Positions 50,001-63,276 of a stretch of DNA of 64,000 nt are shown piece after piece. The DNA lies in the NCBI RefSeq assembly GCF_037042905.1, contig NC_087250.1, forward strand, positions 6,140,001 to 6,204,000. The letters are read 5' to 3'. The stretch is from Lytechinus pictus (lineage: Eukaryota). Each line of letters begins with the position of its first letter. Position 1 is the stretch's first letter. The notes below the pieces were generated by a model, which saw only the letters and a program-made list of their open reading frames with translations, had not been told where the DNA came from and did no database searches. A program made the position numbers and the translations under genes.

Positions 50001-50483
50001 GCCCTGATCCAGATGAGGCATGGCGCCTTGCTACTGTTCAAAACTCATATACACCGGACAAAGGAATTTAATTTTAGGTGTCAGAAATGTTTATCTGACG
50101 GTCATTCGGATCGGGGTCACCCTCTAGTCTAGTGGTTAAGCCACCGGCGTTCTAAACTAGGGGCCTGGGTTCGCTTCCTTGCAGATACATGTTTCGATCC
50201 ACTAATTTTACCGAAGGGTATATAGCTCTGGGGAACCTTGATTTAACCTCAGCCTACAATTGTTCGGTTAAGTAGTTTCTTTCACAACATATATGTGAGT
50301 GTGTGTGTGTGAGAGTGTGTGTGTGTGTGTGTGAAGTTAAACATGTACAACAGCTTTGGCAGCTATTTTTTATTTAAATATTTTGAGAAAGAAATGGATG
50401 AAGAGAACAATGGTAGGCGTAGCTTAAATCAAGCTTCCCCAGAGCTATCTACCCTTTGGAAAAATTGGTGATGCCGAAAAAAA

Positions 50484-50555
50484 TGTCTCTGCCGGGAATC
50501 GAACCCGGTCCCCCAGCTTTGAACGCCGGTGCCTTAACCACTAGACCACAGAGAC
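50484..50555 (-). tRNA. tRNA-like gene with TCA anticodon (putative opal suppressor or SINE-type pseudo-tRNA)
   Basis: Minus strand GTCTCTG TG GTCT AGTGGTTA AGGC A CCGGC GTTCAAA GCTGG GGGA CCGGG TTCGATT CCCGG CAGAGAC A, then T7. All four stems pair; A and B boxes are intact. Confidence 0.5.
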
Positions 50556-50887
50556 GGGTTAGTGGCAAGGGCGACCCCAATCCGATTGACCGTCAGATAG
50601 ACAGATTGTCTACACCATACCAATTATAATTTTCTTTGTCGGGTGAAGGTGTGTTTTGAACAATGACAAGCCGCCATGCCTGAGCTGGATCAAAGCTATT
50701 GCTTTGATACAGTACACGTATGGGAGAAAGTATACAAATGTGTGAAGTTATACATTTACAACAGCTACTCTTTTTCATTTAAATATTTTGTGAAAGAAAT
50801 TGATATAGAGAACAATGGTAGGCGTAGCTTAATTCAAGGTTCCCTAGAGCTATCTACCCTTTGGAAAACTTGGTGATGTCAAAAAAA

Positions 50888-50959
50888 TGTATCTGCCGGG
50901 AATCGAACCCGGGCCCCCAGCTTTGAGCGCCGGTGCCTTAAACACTAGACCACAGAGAC
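50888..50959 (-). pseudogene. Second, more degenerate copy of the TCA tRNA-like module
   Basis: D-loop GG changed to GT, anticodon loop GCTCAAA, one acceptor-stem mismatch; T7 retained. Confidence 0.6.
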
Positions 50960-51814
50960 GGGTTAGTGGCTAGGGCGACCCCGATCCGATTGACCGTGAA
51001 TGTGTTAATGTGTGAAGTTATACATGTACAACAGTTTTGGAAACTCTTTTTTATTTAAATATTTTGTGAAAGAAATGGATGAAGAGAACAATGGTAGGCG
51101 TAGCTTAAATCAATGTTCCCCATAGCTATCTACCCTCTTTGTTCTTTGTTCTCTTCATCCATTTCTTTCACACAATATTTAAATAAAAGAGTTGCCAAAA
51201 CTGTAGTACATGCATAACTTCACATATATATATATATTTATAAATATATATCTTTGTGCGTGTGTGTGAGAGGGTGTTAGGGTGTGTTTGCAAGTGTGTG
51301 ACTTTAAAAGGAAGAGGCTGCTTGATATTGCAATATTTTGTCCATTTCCTTTATAAGGCCAAGCTTTCGCCCAGTTCCTCAGGGCTTGAAAGGAGAATGT
51401 GAGGGGTTTGGTAGGTGCTGTTTAAATGGTGGTGTCTGGTGCGGCGAATGCAAATTCATGAATTAAACAGGCACTACACTTTACACAACACCTACCAAAC
51501 CCTTCCCATCAGTCTTTATACAAAAACACGTTGCCAGCAAACTGGAATAATAGGTAATAGGACTTGTATGTAAGGTTTTGGTATTTTCAGGAAACAAAAC
51601 GATGCAAGAACAAAACCTAGGTCTCTATTTAAAGTGCTTAGTTATTCATTGCTCATAAACTCTGATACTTGTATCCTATTATTTCGAATTTTGGATGGAA
51701 TCTTGCTTTTATCGTTAATAATAATAGTATATAGCATTTAGAGTACGACTTCTAACTAGTTACCAATTTATAGGCGCAGAGAAAATTTTTGGGGCCTACA
51801 CAGGAGGGTTCTTA

Positions 51815-52100
51815 TTAGAAATATGAAAAAGACAACAGATATGTCTCAAGTTTGGTTTTTAATGACTCTATAGACTTGGCATTGTGTATTGTTGAAGAGA
51901 ATGCATTCCATAAAGTGGGAACACTATCAGCAAAACCTTTTTCACCGAAAGAGCATTTTACTCTACGAGCTCGTAACAATCCAGTTCCCGAATATCTTAA
52001 ATCCTTAGAGGGTACATATTCCGATATACGAAATAATACGGAGCGCATACCATTAATAATTTTCCATGTAAATAACAAAATCTTGAATTTTATTCGCTCC
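51815..52100 (-). mobile_element. L2/CR1 LINE ORF2 C-terminal fragment
   Basis: RIKFKILLFTWK...YVPSKDLR...FGEKGF..S.PTLWN...KTKLETYL. Confidence 0.78.
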
Positions 52101-52548
52101 ATTAAACCCCCATTCCACAGAGAGCAAGACCTATGAAAGACTGCTGTAAGACCATGGAATTTGCTTGATCTTTCAAAGGTCTTTAAACGATATTTCAAAC
52201 GTCTCTGAGTTCTTTCACGATTCCTGATGAATCTTTTAGAGGTCTTTGAGGTCTCCATGATCTCCAAAACTTTTTGAAACGGCTCAAAACAGTCTTTCAG
52301 CAGTCTTGCAGGAAAATAGTATTTTGATGGTCTTTCAGCAGTCTTTCAGTGGTCTTTCGGTGAACTTTTTTTAAATTATTATTACTCTTTCCATAATCTT
52401 TCGTTAGCCTCTCAAGATTCTTGCGGGCATAACTGTAAGACTCATGAGAGATCATTGAAAGATCATTGAAAGACCATGCAAAGTCCATCGAAATAATTTT
52501 GAAAGATCACTTGCATAAAAGATGAAAGACCATTGAAAGATGTCTATA

Positions 52549-54420
52549 TTTCATTTCATTTCGTTTATTTCCATTTTCAACAAATACAGTTTGCATTGTA
52601 CGTTTTGACATATAAATAACATAACATATTTCAAGTATTCTTGTACAAAAATTAAATTGAAGATTACGTATCAGGTTGGAAATGAAGGAGGCTGCTAAAA
52701 AGCAGAGCTTGTGGAGTGCAGCCTCCTAATAAATAATCTTGCAGTTACATAGCATATAAAAATTAAAATAATGACTTGAGCATGAACCAGTTAAATTAAA
52801 AGGAAATAGGGGAAATTAAAATAGAAAAAGAAATAAGAGAGATTAAAGGTCTCCAGAATCCAGCCCCAGCACTCACAGACGGACCTCGTCGATCAACAGT
52901 AAAACGAAAGAGATGGAAAAAAGTACGTGACATGATAATCATGTTCGATTAAACAAAAAAAAGTACAAGAATTTGAGTGATGAAGAGTTAAATTCAATGG
53001 TTATCTTGGAGACATTTTTTGAAGTTATATTTGAAAGAATTAAGGCTTGGTGATTCTTGATGTTATTATTGATTTTGCAAGGATGGTCCGGGGTAGTAGT
53101 ACATGAAATTCATCTGATTGACGTGTGGGATATTTGTGAAGAGTTTTGTTTTTGTAAAATGAAGAATTAAATATGGGTGGTAACATATTATTGTTTAACT
53201 GATACATGAATTGACCTATGTTATATTGGTACAGTGTTTTTATTTTTAGAATGTTATTGTAAAAAACAACTCATCTGTGTGAGCTCTCCAGGACAAGTTG
53301 AAAATAACACGCAATGCCTTCTTTTGTAAAAGCAATATTCTATCTAGGTAGGTTGAGTGCGTATTTCACCAAACAATTGCTCCATAATTTAAATATGGTA
53401 AAATTAATGTTGAATAAAGCATTTTTAGAGAGGAAGTTGGAAGAAAAAACTTAACTTTGTTGATAACACCAATATTGCGTGAAATTGTACGACATATAAA
53501 GTCAATGTGTGTTTTCCAAGATAATTTGTTGTCTATTATGAGACCTAAAAATGTTGTTGTAGTAACAACTTCAATGTCTATATTGTCCAATTTGATATTA
53601 AATGGCAATTGTTCTAAAGAATTGCTAAAAAGCATGCATTTCGTTTTTTGTACATTAATTGACAATTTGTTAGCCCTAATCCATTGTACCAATTTATCCA
53701 GTTCAGTGTTCAGTACAATAATTAAAATATCGGGGTTAGAATGAGAGTAGAGTACATTTGAATCATCTGCAAAAAGGACATAAGATAATATTTCAGAGGA
53801 GTTCTGGATGTCATTTATATAGATTATAAAAAAGAGGGCCCAGGTGGCTACCTTGGGGAACACCCCAGTTAACATTATGTAGAGACGAATTTTGTTCGTT
53901 TATGCTAACGAATTGTTAACGATTTACGAGGTTGTTTCTGAACCACTCCAAGGCCTTCCCGCGAACTCCGTAATTTTCAAGTTTGTAGAGCAGTATTTCA
54001 TGATTTATAGTGTCAAAGGCCGTGGAGAGGTCCAGAAAAACACCTATTGTATGTTCAAAGTTGTCAATAGCTTTTGTGATTTTGTCACTTAAAGAGAGAG
54101 TGGCATGAGATGTACTATGTTTTTGCCGGAATCCAAATTGAAAGTCAGAAATTATATTATATTTATTCAAAATTTTTAATAGATCACCCTTTCCATAACT
54201 TTAGACAGAGTAGGTAATAAAGCTATCGGTCTATAGTTACATACATCAATCTGTTCTCCTTTTTTTTGCACTGGTATTATCTTTGATATTTTCATATTGT
54301 CAGGCACGACGCCATTACTTAAAGAAAGGTTGAATGTGTATACTAATGGATCAACAATATATTCTATAACATTCTTTAATAAAATGTTATCAATACCATC
54401 GTGACCACAGCTTTTTTTTT
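52549..54420 (-). mobile_element. Decayed CR1/L2 LINE (frameshifted RT, 3' UTR, (GAAAT)n tail)
   Basis: Minus-strand ORF pieces QFGFRQKHST, FLDLSTAFDTINH, FADD, LYSTLILPYLNYG. catttcatttcattt tail with tttatt at ~52550-52570. Confidence 0.88.
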
Positions 54421-54577
54421 TTTTTTTAGTTGTTCACTACAACACTATGACTTGTCTAAGCCCAGTAAGACAAGAAGTACCAACTACTTTTTGGAGTTCT
54501 TCGAGGGGTCTTTCTAAGCCATTCCACAGGGCATTAATATGATTTATTTTTTTATGACCATACATTATATATTGCAG

Positions 54578-57500
54578 ATGCGTTTAATGGAATAGATAAA
54601 GGAACCGAGGATATTTGCAGTGAACAAGAAGCAAATTCCAGTTCTTTACGTGAACAAGGAGTAGTACATGAGGGAATGGGGGAACCGGAAGATTGGGAGG
54701 TCATCAACTATTCGGAGTCAGGTATGGGAACATAAATTGATACCGTATTAATGAAGAAAAGGGCAATGACAGATGGAATGGCAGGATTTGAAATAGTAAT
54801 GGATTTTACGGGAAATAATGAAAATACGCAATAAAAATGTATTTGTAAAGAGATCAAATCAAATTTCACGTTGAAAATCGAAAATAAATGACTTAACAAA
54901 ACACCTTTGCGGAAAGTCGGCAATATCATTTAGGGGGGAAAATTGCAATCAATTTCATTGTTACATGTCTCATTTATTTTATCAACGCATTCCATTCATC
55001 GTAGACGCAGAGGATAATGTTCTCAACATCGACGTGCATGGAGGCGCACCGAGTAATACGGAACTAGAATATGTTGCTCTTCCCATTAACAAATTCTCTT
55101 TGGCGTTACACCTCGGTAAAGCCCTTCGTGTAAATGCTAATGACATCATAGTTCTAAGTGCCCATTCCAACCTTGTGCCAATGGAAAGACTTGCAAGCCA
55201 ACTCCTCAACAAGTGGTACTCACGCTTAGGAAGAAATGAGAAAGAAGAGAGAATGGCCAACCTTCTTCAAGGATATACAATAAGAAACCCTGAGAGCCGT
55301 GGAGGTTTGATATTATATTTCTTTCTTGTTCTACAAATTCTATGGAAATTTTCATAAGTTTGGATCAGGTTTTTTAATACCGTTTTGGAAGATGTGAGTT
55401 TGAAAAAGGAGGGCGAATTAAACAATAACTCTTCAAACTGAAAGTTTACTCCGCTTTGTTTGAATATGAAACTTTAAAATCTTTAGCAATTAGCTCTTCT
55501 ACACGGGGTCAGCTTCGAAGTCTTTTAATATCCGATTGGCGTTATTTTTTTTTCTTATTTAAATGAATACAGCGGTAAAGCAAGCCTACTCACAGTACCA
55601 GTGTTAATTTCATTCCAACTCTCTAACACATTTTTTCAAGTACTATGAGGCTGCTTCCGGAGGAGATGAGACGTATATATTTCAGCGTTACACTTATTGA
55701 TCTTCACCGACTCCCAATTAAAAGAAAATCTATATATTTGATAATTTTTCACTTGTTATTTTTGAAACAACGTTGCTGTTGCATACAAACGGATTAATAT
55801 AAAATACAGAAAATAAAATAGTCTAAACTATTGTATTGTCTGTATACATGTATATCTTTATTAGGTATTGGTGAAATCGCGAGAAAAATATGTAAAACTG
55901 AACATCTCATCGACCTCTTTCAACGACTTGATCTATCAGCTGTTGATATTCTGAACGTGATGTCTTCATATTTGACGTTTAAACCTGACTTAATACCTCA
56001 AATGGTTCTACAAATGCTTCAGAGGTGGGTCTTACAAGGAGGTACAAGGCTGAGATTGATTGAGATTGTCCAAGCTTTCCATTTCAACAATGCTGCAGAA
56101 CATATAGCAACTGGTGCGTATAAGAAGACATGCTATATAAGTACAAGGGGATTAAATCGGCCGCTCTTGTGGATTTTTTAAAAAATCTTTGAAGGGAATT
56201 ATCCTCACAGTCACGTCTGGGGATTATTCTTTAAAAAACAACATAAATATCCAACTATCTCATAAACATTCAAATTGAACAGTATGCATAGGTAACTAGA
56301 TTATTACATGCAATCACCAAGCACGAGCAGAAATTTTTAATCGACGTTCGATCTGGCCTAATCGAAAAGGGACCTATTAAGGACCCTTTTTCAGTAAGCT
56401 CTGAAGGCGATACATATTTCATCAATAAAATAATGCGAGCTGAAAATCATTGACATTCCGAACTTTAAAATGGACATATGTAATTATGAAAGAGGCAGAA
56501 TATATAATTACATAATTGATGCAAGTGCGAAGCGCGTGCTAAAAATATATATTTCAGACTTAAAAGCGGGACACCCTATTTGTGTTTTGTATATCATGAA
56601 AAGGATGGGTGATTGGGTATATTCCTACATTAATAATGCGAGTGCGAATCTCGAGAAGATAAGTGTTGATATTTTGATCTGAAACTGGATAATTTAAGCA
56701 CGTATGAAATAATGAACAAAATGCGTATATCAATAAACATGCGTTCACGTATTTTAAATTTAAACCTAGAATTTGGGCACTCCGAATACATTGTTTTTAT
56801 CATGAAGATCAAAGTGCGAGCTAGAAGCCTGAACTGAAAATATTTGATATTCCTATGTATGTATATTGACTTCAGAATTCGATGTCCATATCCATATCTG
56901 CTTCAGCCTATTGAACAAGATGTGAATCTCATCAAACAGGCAATGCGAGCGCAAAGCGCGAACGAAAATTTGATAATTGTATTTGCTTTTATTTTCCAAG
57001 TTCCCCCCCGACCTAATTTACTTCACTCGCCTTCCTCTTCTTATCCTCTTATTTCTTTCCCTTCGCTTTTCCTTCTCTCTTTCCCCATCTTCCCTTTTTT
57101 CTTTCTTCCCCCCTTTTTTGGCTCCACCAATATAGGGGGATAGGGTACCATGCCCCTGGGGCCCACTGGATCAACCTATGAATACGTTACAAGTTTTCCT
57201 TTTGAAAATTGAAGTGTCGTGGATATTTAAGTGTGATACTGCTATCCATCAATCGCCTATTTAAAAAAAATCTCTACCATCTATTAAAGATAAAATAATC
57301 TGATCTGCATAGGAAATGCATCATGTTTAATTCATATTTTTATTGATGTAATTTGCAAGGTTATGAAATCTAAAGGTTTTTGTTTATTTGCAGTTTAACC
57401 GCCCTTTCTACCTTTTTGCGTATCAAATGCAACGCCTTGCACGAAACTACTCTAACTCCTCCCCCCCCCCCTTCCTTCAATAGGCCTATCACATTGTTGA

Positions 57501-57874
57501 GGCCATGTTTCTGTGTCTTCCTTTTACAGCAATTTCGCAACATCCAGGTTTCCAGGACCCGTTCACGCATGGCGTAATTGATCAGAATGGCGGAGAACTA
57601 AAATTAGATGAACCTGGCATCAAAGTAACCATTCCTGCAGAAGCAATCCCAAGAGGAATGGGATCAGTCGTTACTCTTACCGTTCCTAGTCAAAGTTCAC
57701 CTGTGTTTCCTCTGGGTGCTGGCGAGGTTCTCCTGACACCGATCATCAAGTGTTCCTTCTCACAAGAGCTTCTCAAGCCTGCCACTGTAGATGTGCCACA
57801 CTGCATCATCCCAGGTCAATATCAGCAGAAGATGGATAACATACGCGTGAAGCTTTATTCTAAAATAGGACCAG
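54578..57874 (+). CDS. Partial paralog of the large gene: four in-phase exons (54578-54721, 55005-55304, 55865-56113, 57530-57874) = acidic linker, two death-fold-like domains, ZU5
   Basis: All are phase 1-1 with AG/GT sites and no stops. LGKALRV, MLQRWVLQGGTR..AFHFNNAA and GIKVTIPAEAIPRGM match exons 14, 15 and 16. The exon-15 equivalent is also 249 nt. Confidence 0.8.
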
Positions 57875-58211
57875 GTACTGTATTTTTTTATACGATGTGT
57901 CTAATTTCAAAGTTTAACTGTAGCTTTTGTTTTCATTTAGGTGTCAACATTCAAACTTAACCATTTTATTTTTCATTAGAACTCAAGATGCATGAAAAAA
58001 ATGTCATAACGGTAGTGCATCCCAATGTTTCACAGTATGTGAAAACGTATAGGCCTAATGCTGCATAATTCGTAAAAAAACTGATATAGAGAGAAAATTA
58101 CAATATTAAGCAGTGTGTCCCCAACATGACATATGTTCTACAATATGTTGCTTAAGTGTGTATTGTGTGTGTGTTTGCGTGTGTGCGTATGTGTATGTGT
58201 CAGGGTGTACG

Positions 58212-61200
58212 AGGAAAATACTTGATGAAATGGAGGAGGAAAATACTTGATGAAATGGAGGAGAAAAAGTCTAAATTGAACAGATTGTTTGATTATAGCC
58301 GACAAGGTGTAAAAATCCGATCAAGAGCTTTTTGGTTTGAGGAAGGAGAACAAAAAACACAATATTTTGAACAGTTATTAAAATCAAACAAACGGAAAAG
58401 TGTAATAAAAGAAATATATGATCAAAGTGAACAGACTATAAAAGATAGGAGTGAAATATTGAAGAAGATAAAGTCATTTTACGAAAAATTATATTCATTG
58501 AATGAAGTAATTGTAAATGAAAACTCTTTTTTCCTGAAGGATATTCCTAAATTATCCAAAGAAAGTCGAGATATTTGTGAAGGTAAAATTACTATTCAGG
58601 ATTGTTTAAGTGTTTTGAAAGAAATGAAATTTAATAAAACCCCTGGAAACGACGGTTTTACTGTTGAATTTTATTACACCTTTTGGAATTTATTGGGGGG
58701 ATTTTTGGTGGAAGTGTTAAATGAAGTGTATAATAGGGGATTATTAGCAACTTCACAAAGGCAGGGAGTGATTACACTATTAGAAAAGGAAGGCAAAAAC
58801 CCTTTATACATTCAAAACTATAGACCAATCACGCTTTTAAATGTTGATTACAAGATCTTATCAAAGGTACTAGCAAAAAGATTGAAAAAGGTTCTGAATG
58901 AGATAATTCATATTGATCAAATAGGGTATGTTGAAAATAGGAACATTGGAGATGGTGTGAGATTAATCGATGATATTTTATTTCAGTCCTCTTTTGGAAA
59001 TATTGGATATTTGATTACGGTGGACTTTGAAAAGGCTTTTGATTCTGTTTCCCATAATTTTCTTTTTCAGACTCTTAAATTATTTGGATTTGGCCAGTCT
59101 TTCTGTTCTTGGGTTCGTGTTTTATATACAGATATAACTAGTTGTATTATGAATGGAGGTTATTCCACTGGTTATTTTGATATAAAACGAGGGGTAAGAC
59201 AGGGGGACCCCATTTCTCCTTATCTGTTTTTGCTCTGTATAGAAACACTAGCTTTGGCAATAAGAAGAGACGCTCTAGTTGAAGGAATTCAGTTTGGATC
59301 TCATGAAATTAAGCAAATATTGTATGCCGATGATATCACTCTGTTTGTTAAAAATAGCAATTCTGTTAAACGGCTTAAATATCTTTTGGAAGAATTCGAA
59401 AAAGTGAGCGGTCTGAAGATAAACAAAGGGAAAACAAACTTTTTTTGGATGGGAAAAGATCAAGACAGACCTCAAACTCCGCTATTTGGAAATTTGGTTC
59501 AGCAAATTAAAATCTTAGGCGTTTATTTCTCTCTAAATGTAATAATAAAAGAAGATCTAAACTTCAAAGAGATACTAAGCAAAATAAAAAGACTTTTGGG
59601 ATGGTGGAAACAAAGGGATCTAACCCTAATGGGTAAAATACAATTGTTGAAAAGTTATGCATTATCAAAATTAAATTACGTCTCGTCACTTTTAGTTGTT
59701 CCTAAGTGGTTGTTCGTTGAGGTGGAACGGATCACTTTTGAGTTTTTATGGTCAGGTAAAGACCGTATAAAGAGAAACATTATGTATCAGGATTACTCAC
59801 ACGGTGGGTTAAGAATGATGAATTTTAAGTTGTTCATAAAGGCCCAACGTCTAATGTGGCTGAAACGTCTATTATACGGGGAACGCAATGCTGGGTGGAA
59901 ATTGTATTTTGATTTCTGTTTTAGATCACTCGGTGGGAGACTGTTATTTCTATGCGATTTTGATATTTGCAAATTAACACAGACAATGCCACAATTTTAT
60001 TCTGAAATGCTGAAGGCTTGGCAAGATATGAGAAAATATAGATATACAAAAGAGGAAGTAAACCCGATTATATTTAATAATAAGAATGTATGTGTAAGAG
60101 GTAAAATGATTTTTGATATTGATCTTTATAATAAGGGAATATACACTGTAGATCATATTTTTGATAACGGGGTTGTGAGACCTGTGGCTTATTTTCAAAA
60201 TCTTGGGGTAACCGCAGATGAACTGCTCCACATTATTGATATAGTACATGCTATTCCAATTACTTGGAAAAATGCCTATAGCTCTATTAAATTTATAAAA
60301 ATTGACGATGAGAACTTCAATGTTAATTTGAATATCAGTAAGCTGGAAACTACTTTTGAGGTGATTAAATCAAAAATGATTTATAGTTGTTTTGTTGAAA
60401 ATTTATGGGAAACTTATAATTTAACATTGAAAGATAAAAACATTAATTTGAATTTTACAGATGTTGAAATGTGTAATAGGCTTGCCCAAACCAGGAGCAT
60501 AACTTTGATTAGGAAACAAAGAGAATTCCAGTTCTTACTTTTACACGGGGCGATTTATACCAAAGAACAGTTATTGAAATTTGGGTATGTTAAGGACAGT
60601 TTATGCTCTTTTTGTGGCAGAGAAACCGAATCATACATTCATATTTTTCTAAATTGTTCCAAGGTAAAACCTTTATGGGAATTTTTCATTAAATATTTAT
60701 GTATGTCTGAATTAAGAGATTTAGAATGGAGAGATATACATTTGGGATTATCTGGAAGTACGAATAGAAATAATTGTGTAAACTGTATAATCTTTTTCAT
60801 CAAGTATGCCATTTTCCAATCCAGAACTAATGGTCAGGTTCCTTCCTGCCATAAAATACAAAAATATATTGCGGAACGTAGGGAGGAAGAAAAATGCTTA
60901 GCTATAAAATCGGGCAAATTGAGTTTGCATGTAAAGAAATGGGAAGAACTGAAGGTGAATGAGGCAGTGAATGCAAACAGGTGTGAAGCGTCTGCTGGTG
61001 CTGTGAGTATGTAATGGTATGTCCGCGTGTGAATGCGAGTGTGCAATGGTATATGTCCGCGTGTGAATGTGAGTGCTTGCTGCCAGGGATGGGGGGGGGG
61101 GGGGGGTTTCCTATCTCCATGGTTAGCAAAATATATGTTTGAGTAGATCCAAAAAGAAAGAATATTTTGTTTGGGGTGTGGAAAAGGTTTTGTTTGTTTT

Positions 61201-61669
61201 ATTTTGTTGATGTTGTGTTTTGTTTTGTTTTCGTGTGTGCTTTATATACAAAATCTTTATTCAGATTATTGTATACTTTCTAAGAATAAACATAGAGACT
61301 TTTTTTTTTCTGTATTGTCTTACAAAAGTTGGAGGAATGAATATACATGTATAAGTACTTTTTTTTTATTATGGGATAACCTCTTCACTTAAAAAAGTCT
61401 GTACTTTTGATTTTTCATCATACAATACGGTATTATTATACAGTAAATACATGTGAAATTACGAGGTTTTTGTTATTGGTATTATGGGTTATGATAATAT
61501 TTGTTCGAAAAATTTATATCAAGATGTATATTATTTCATATGTTATATTGCTGTATAAGTGTACTTCACTTTAATTTGCATACATGTATTTGATTTATTA
61601 CCCTTGTACATGAAAAATGTAATAGTATCTGAATAAAGGCTAAAAAAGCAAGAGAAAAAAAGAAAAAAA
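58212..61669 (+). mobile_element. 5'-truncated Tx1/L1-clade LINE with an open RT-zinc-knuckle ORF (to 61014), 3' UTR and A-rich tail
   Basis: KTPGNDG, NYRPITLLNVDYKI, DFEKAFD, GVRQGDPISP, YADD, C-terminal CSFC...HIFLNC. No endonuclease. AATAAA at 61632 precedes the A-rich tail. Candidate TSD GTACG at 58207-58211 and 61670-61674. Confidence 0.93.
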
Positions 61670-62039
61670 GTACGTGTGGTGTGTTCGTAGGTAAGTGTGT
61701 GTTGTGTAAAATAATGTATAGAGTCGGTGTGCACTCGTGTATGGATAACAGTAGAGGAGTCGATTCTCGGTGATGTCCCCCCTATTTGTTGGCAACCTGC
61801 AGAAAAGGTGTCATTTTTTTATCTAGAACGCTTAAAAACGGAAAGAAAAGTAAGGATTTATCATGCACATACGGCCTCGTTACTGCCGGCCCTCCTTACC
61901 CCCATACTGCCATAAGCTACTTGCAGTGGCACTGTATTCCGCTGGTTCTGTTGGTACGCAAACCACACTACAGCATCTGCGCGCCCATCAAAGATATTCT
62001 CCTACACATGGGTTTCATCAGCTTGTTCATTATTTAAGC

Positions 62040-62640
62040 TATGCTTAAATAATCCAGTTTAATATCAGAATATTATTTTTTTTCAGTTTTATGTAATCAG
62101 GATGGCCTCATCAGTTAACAAACTGCTGTCCCTTGAGTGCCCTGAGATAAAAAGCAATATGTATAATATTTACAAATAATGAATACATAAATCAAAATGG
62201 CATACACTAAAACAAATATATAAGAAACATTAAAAATACAATCCAATAAAAGATCAACTTTAAATTTCAAGAAAAAGACAAAGGAAAAAGAAAAGGCTAT
62301 TAGAAACTGCTGCATACGATTTAACGGTAAAAGGATGGATTACTGATGACAGAGTAACGTTCATTTGATTGGTAATAATTTGAGTAGCGATTAAAATGTT
62401 TGCCAAATTAGAATATGAATCAATAACACAATGTGACTCCTCTTGCTTTGCAAGGCCTATCAATGTTTCATTTGTTAAATGGGGGCACGGAATGAATTGG
62501 GGGGCGTTAATCTTTCCTAAGATTATTCCATTCTGTGGTCCCGATGTACTGAAAAGTCCTCTTGCCACTCTTATTATGTAGAGGAGCACTGTTTACCTGA
62601 AGGGAGGCAGTGGACATGGATCTAATTCTTATATCATAAT
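62040..62640 (-). mobile_element. L2/CR1 LINE 3'-end fragment
   Basis: A minus-strand frame near 62510-62640 reads ...NKSGKRTFQYIGTTEWNNL, the typical ORF2 C-terminus, followed by a T-rich 3' UTR. Confidence 0.6.
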
Positions 62641-62830
62641 TAGGTTTAATAAACCGTTCACTTAAATATGGGGAGAAATACAATTAAGACATTTAAATAC
62701 TTCACACATTCGGTGGTAATGCCGTCTGGAAAAGAGATGTTTCCATTTTAGAACGGAAAATAAATCACAAATGTGAGTTCGCGGATGGGCCCCTAAGATA
62801 TTTCCATTTTGGAACGGAAAATCACTGATA

Positions 62831-63276
62831 CCGTGTTTACACTTAATCGGCATTTGAATCGGCTCGCGGTTCTGAACCGCGAGCCGATTCAGCATCGGCT
62901 TTTTCATAGCGTGTAAACGCGAGCAACTTGAATCGGCTCGCGGTTCAGAACCGGCAATTTGCACCACCAAAGTAGTAGGTTCTGAACCGCGAGCCGATGC
63001 AGAATCGGCTTTTTACTACGTGTAAACAGAAAGCCGATTCTGCACCGGCAATTTGTGCGCATTTCAATTACTTTACCATTGTGACGTAATTGTAAGCGCA
63101 CTGATCCAGCGTCGTCTTTATTGTGACGTATATTGTAGGTATGCGTACCATTTCAGGTTTTTGCATCGGCTCGCGGTTCTGAACCGCGAGCTGTAACAAC
63201 GTGTAAACGCAATCCAAATGCCGATTCTGCATCGGCATTTGGTTCAGAACCAATTGCCGATTAAGTGTAAACGCGG
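62831..63276. mobile_element. MITE with subterminal repeats
   Basis: ta|ccgtgtttacacttaatcggca ... tgccgattaagtgtaaacgcgg|ta. Repeated palindrome ggctcgcggttctgaaccgcgagcc. Confidence 0.82.

Larger units (their letters stand above)
49965..51225. repeat. Cluster of direct and inverted copies of a ~400-bp unit containing a tRNA-like module, abutting (GT)n tracts
   Basis: Direct copies 404 bp apart (tRNA modules at 50485 and 50889). A diverged inverted copy at ~49980-50260. A partial copy and fold-back at 51010-51225. Confidence 0.8.

Noticed and set aside
58156..58211. N-terminal MCIVCVFACVRMCMC of the 952-aa ORF
   Set aside because: Read-in from the flanking (GT)n microsatellite, not part of the LINE protein.
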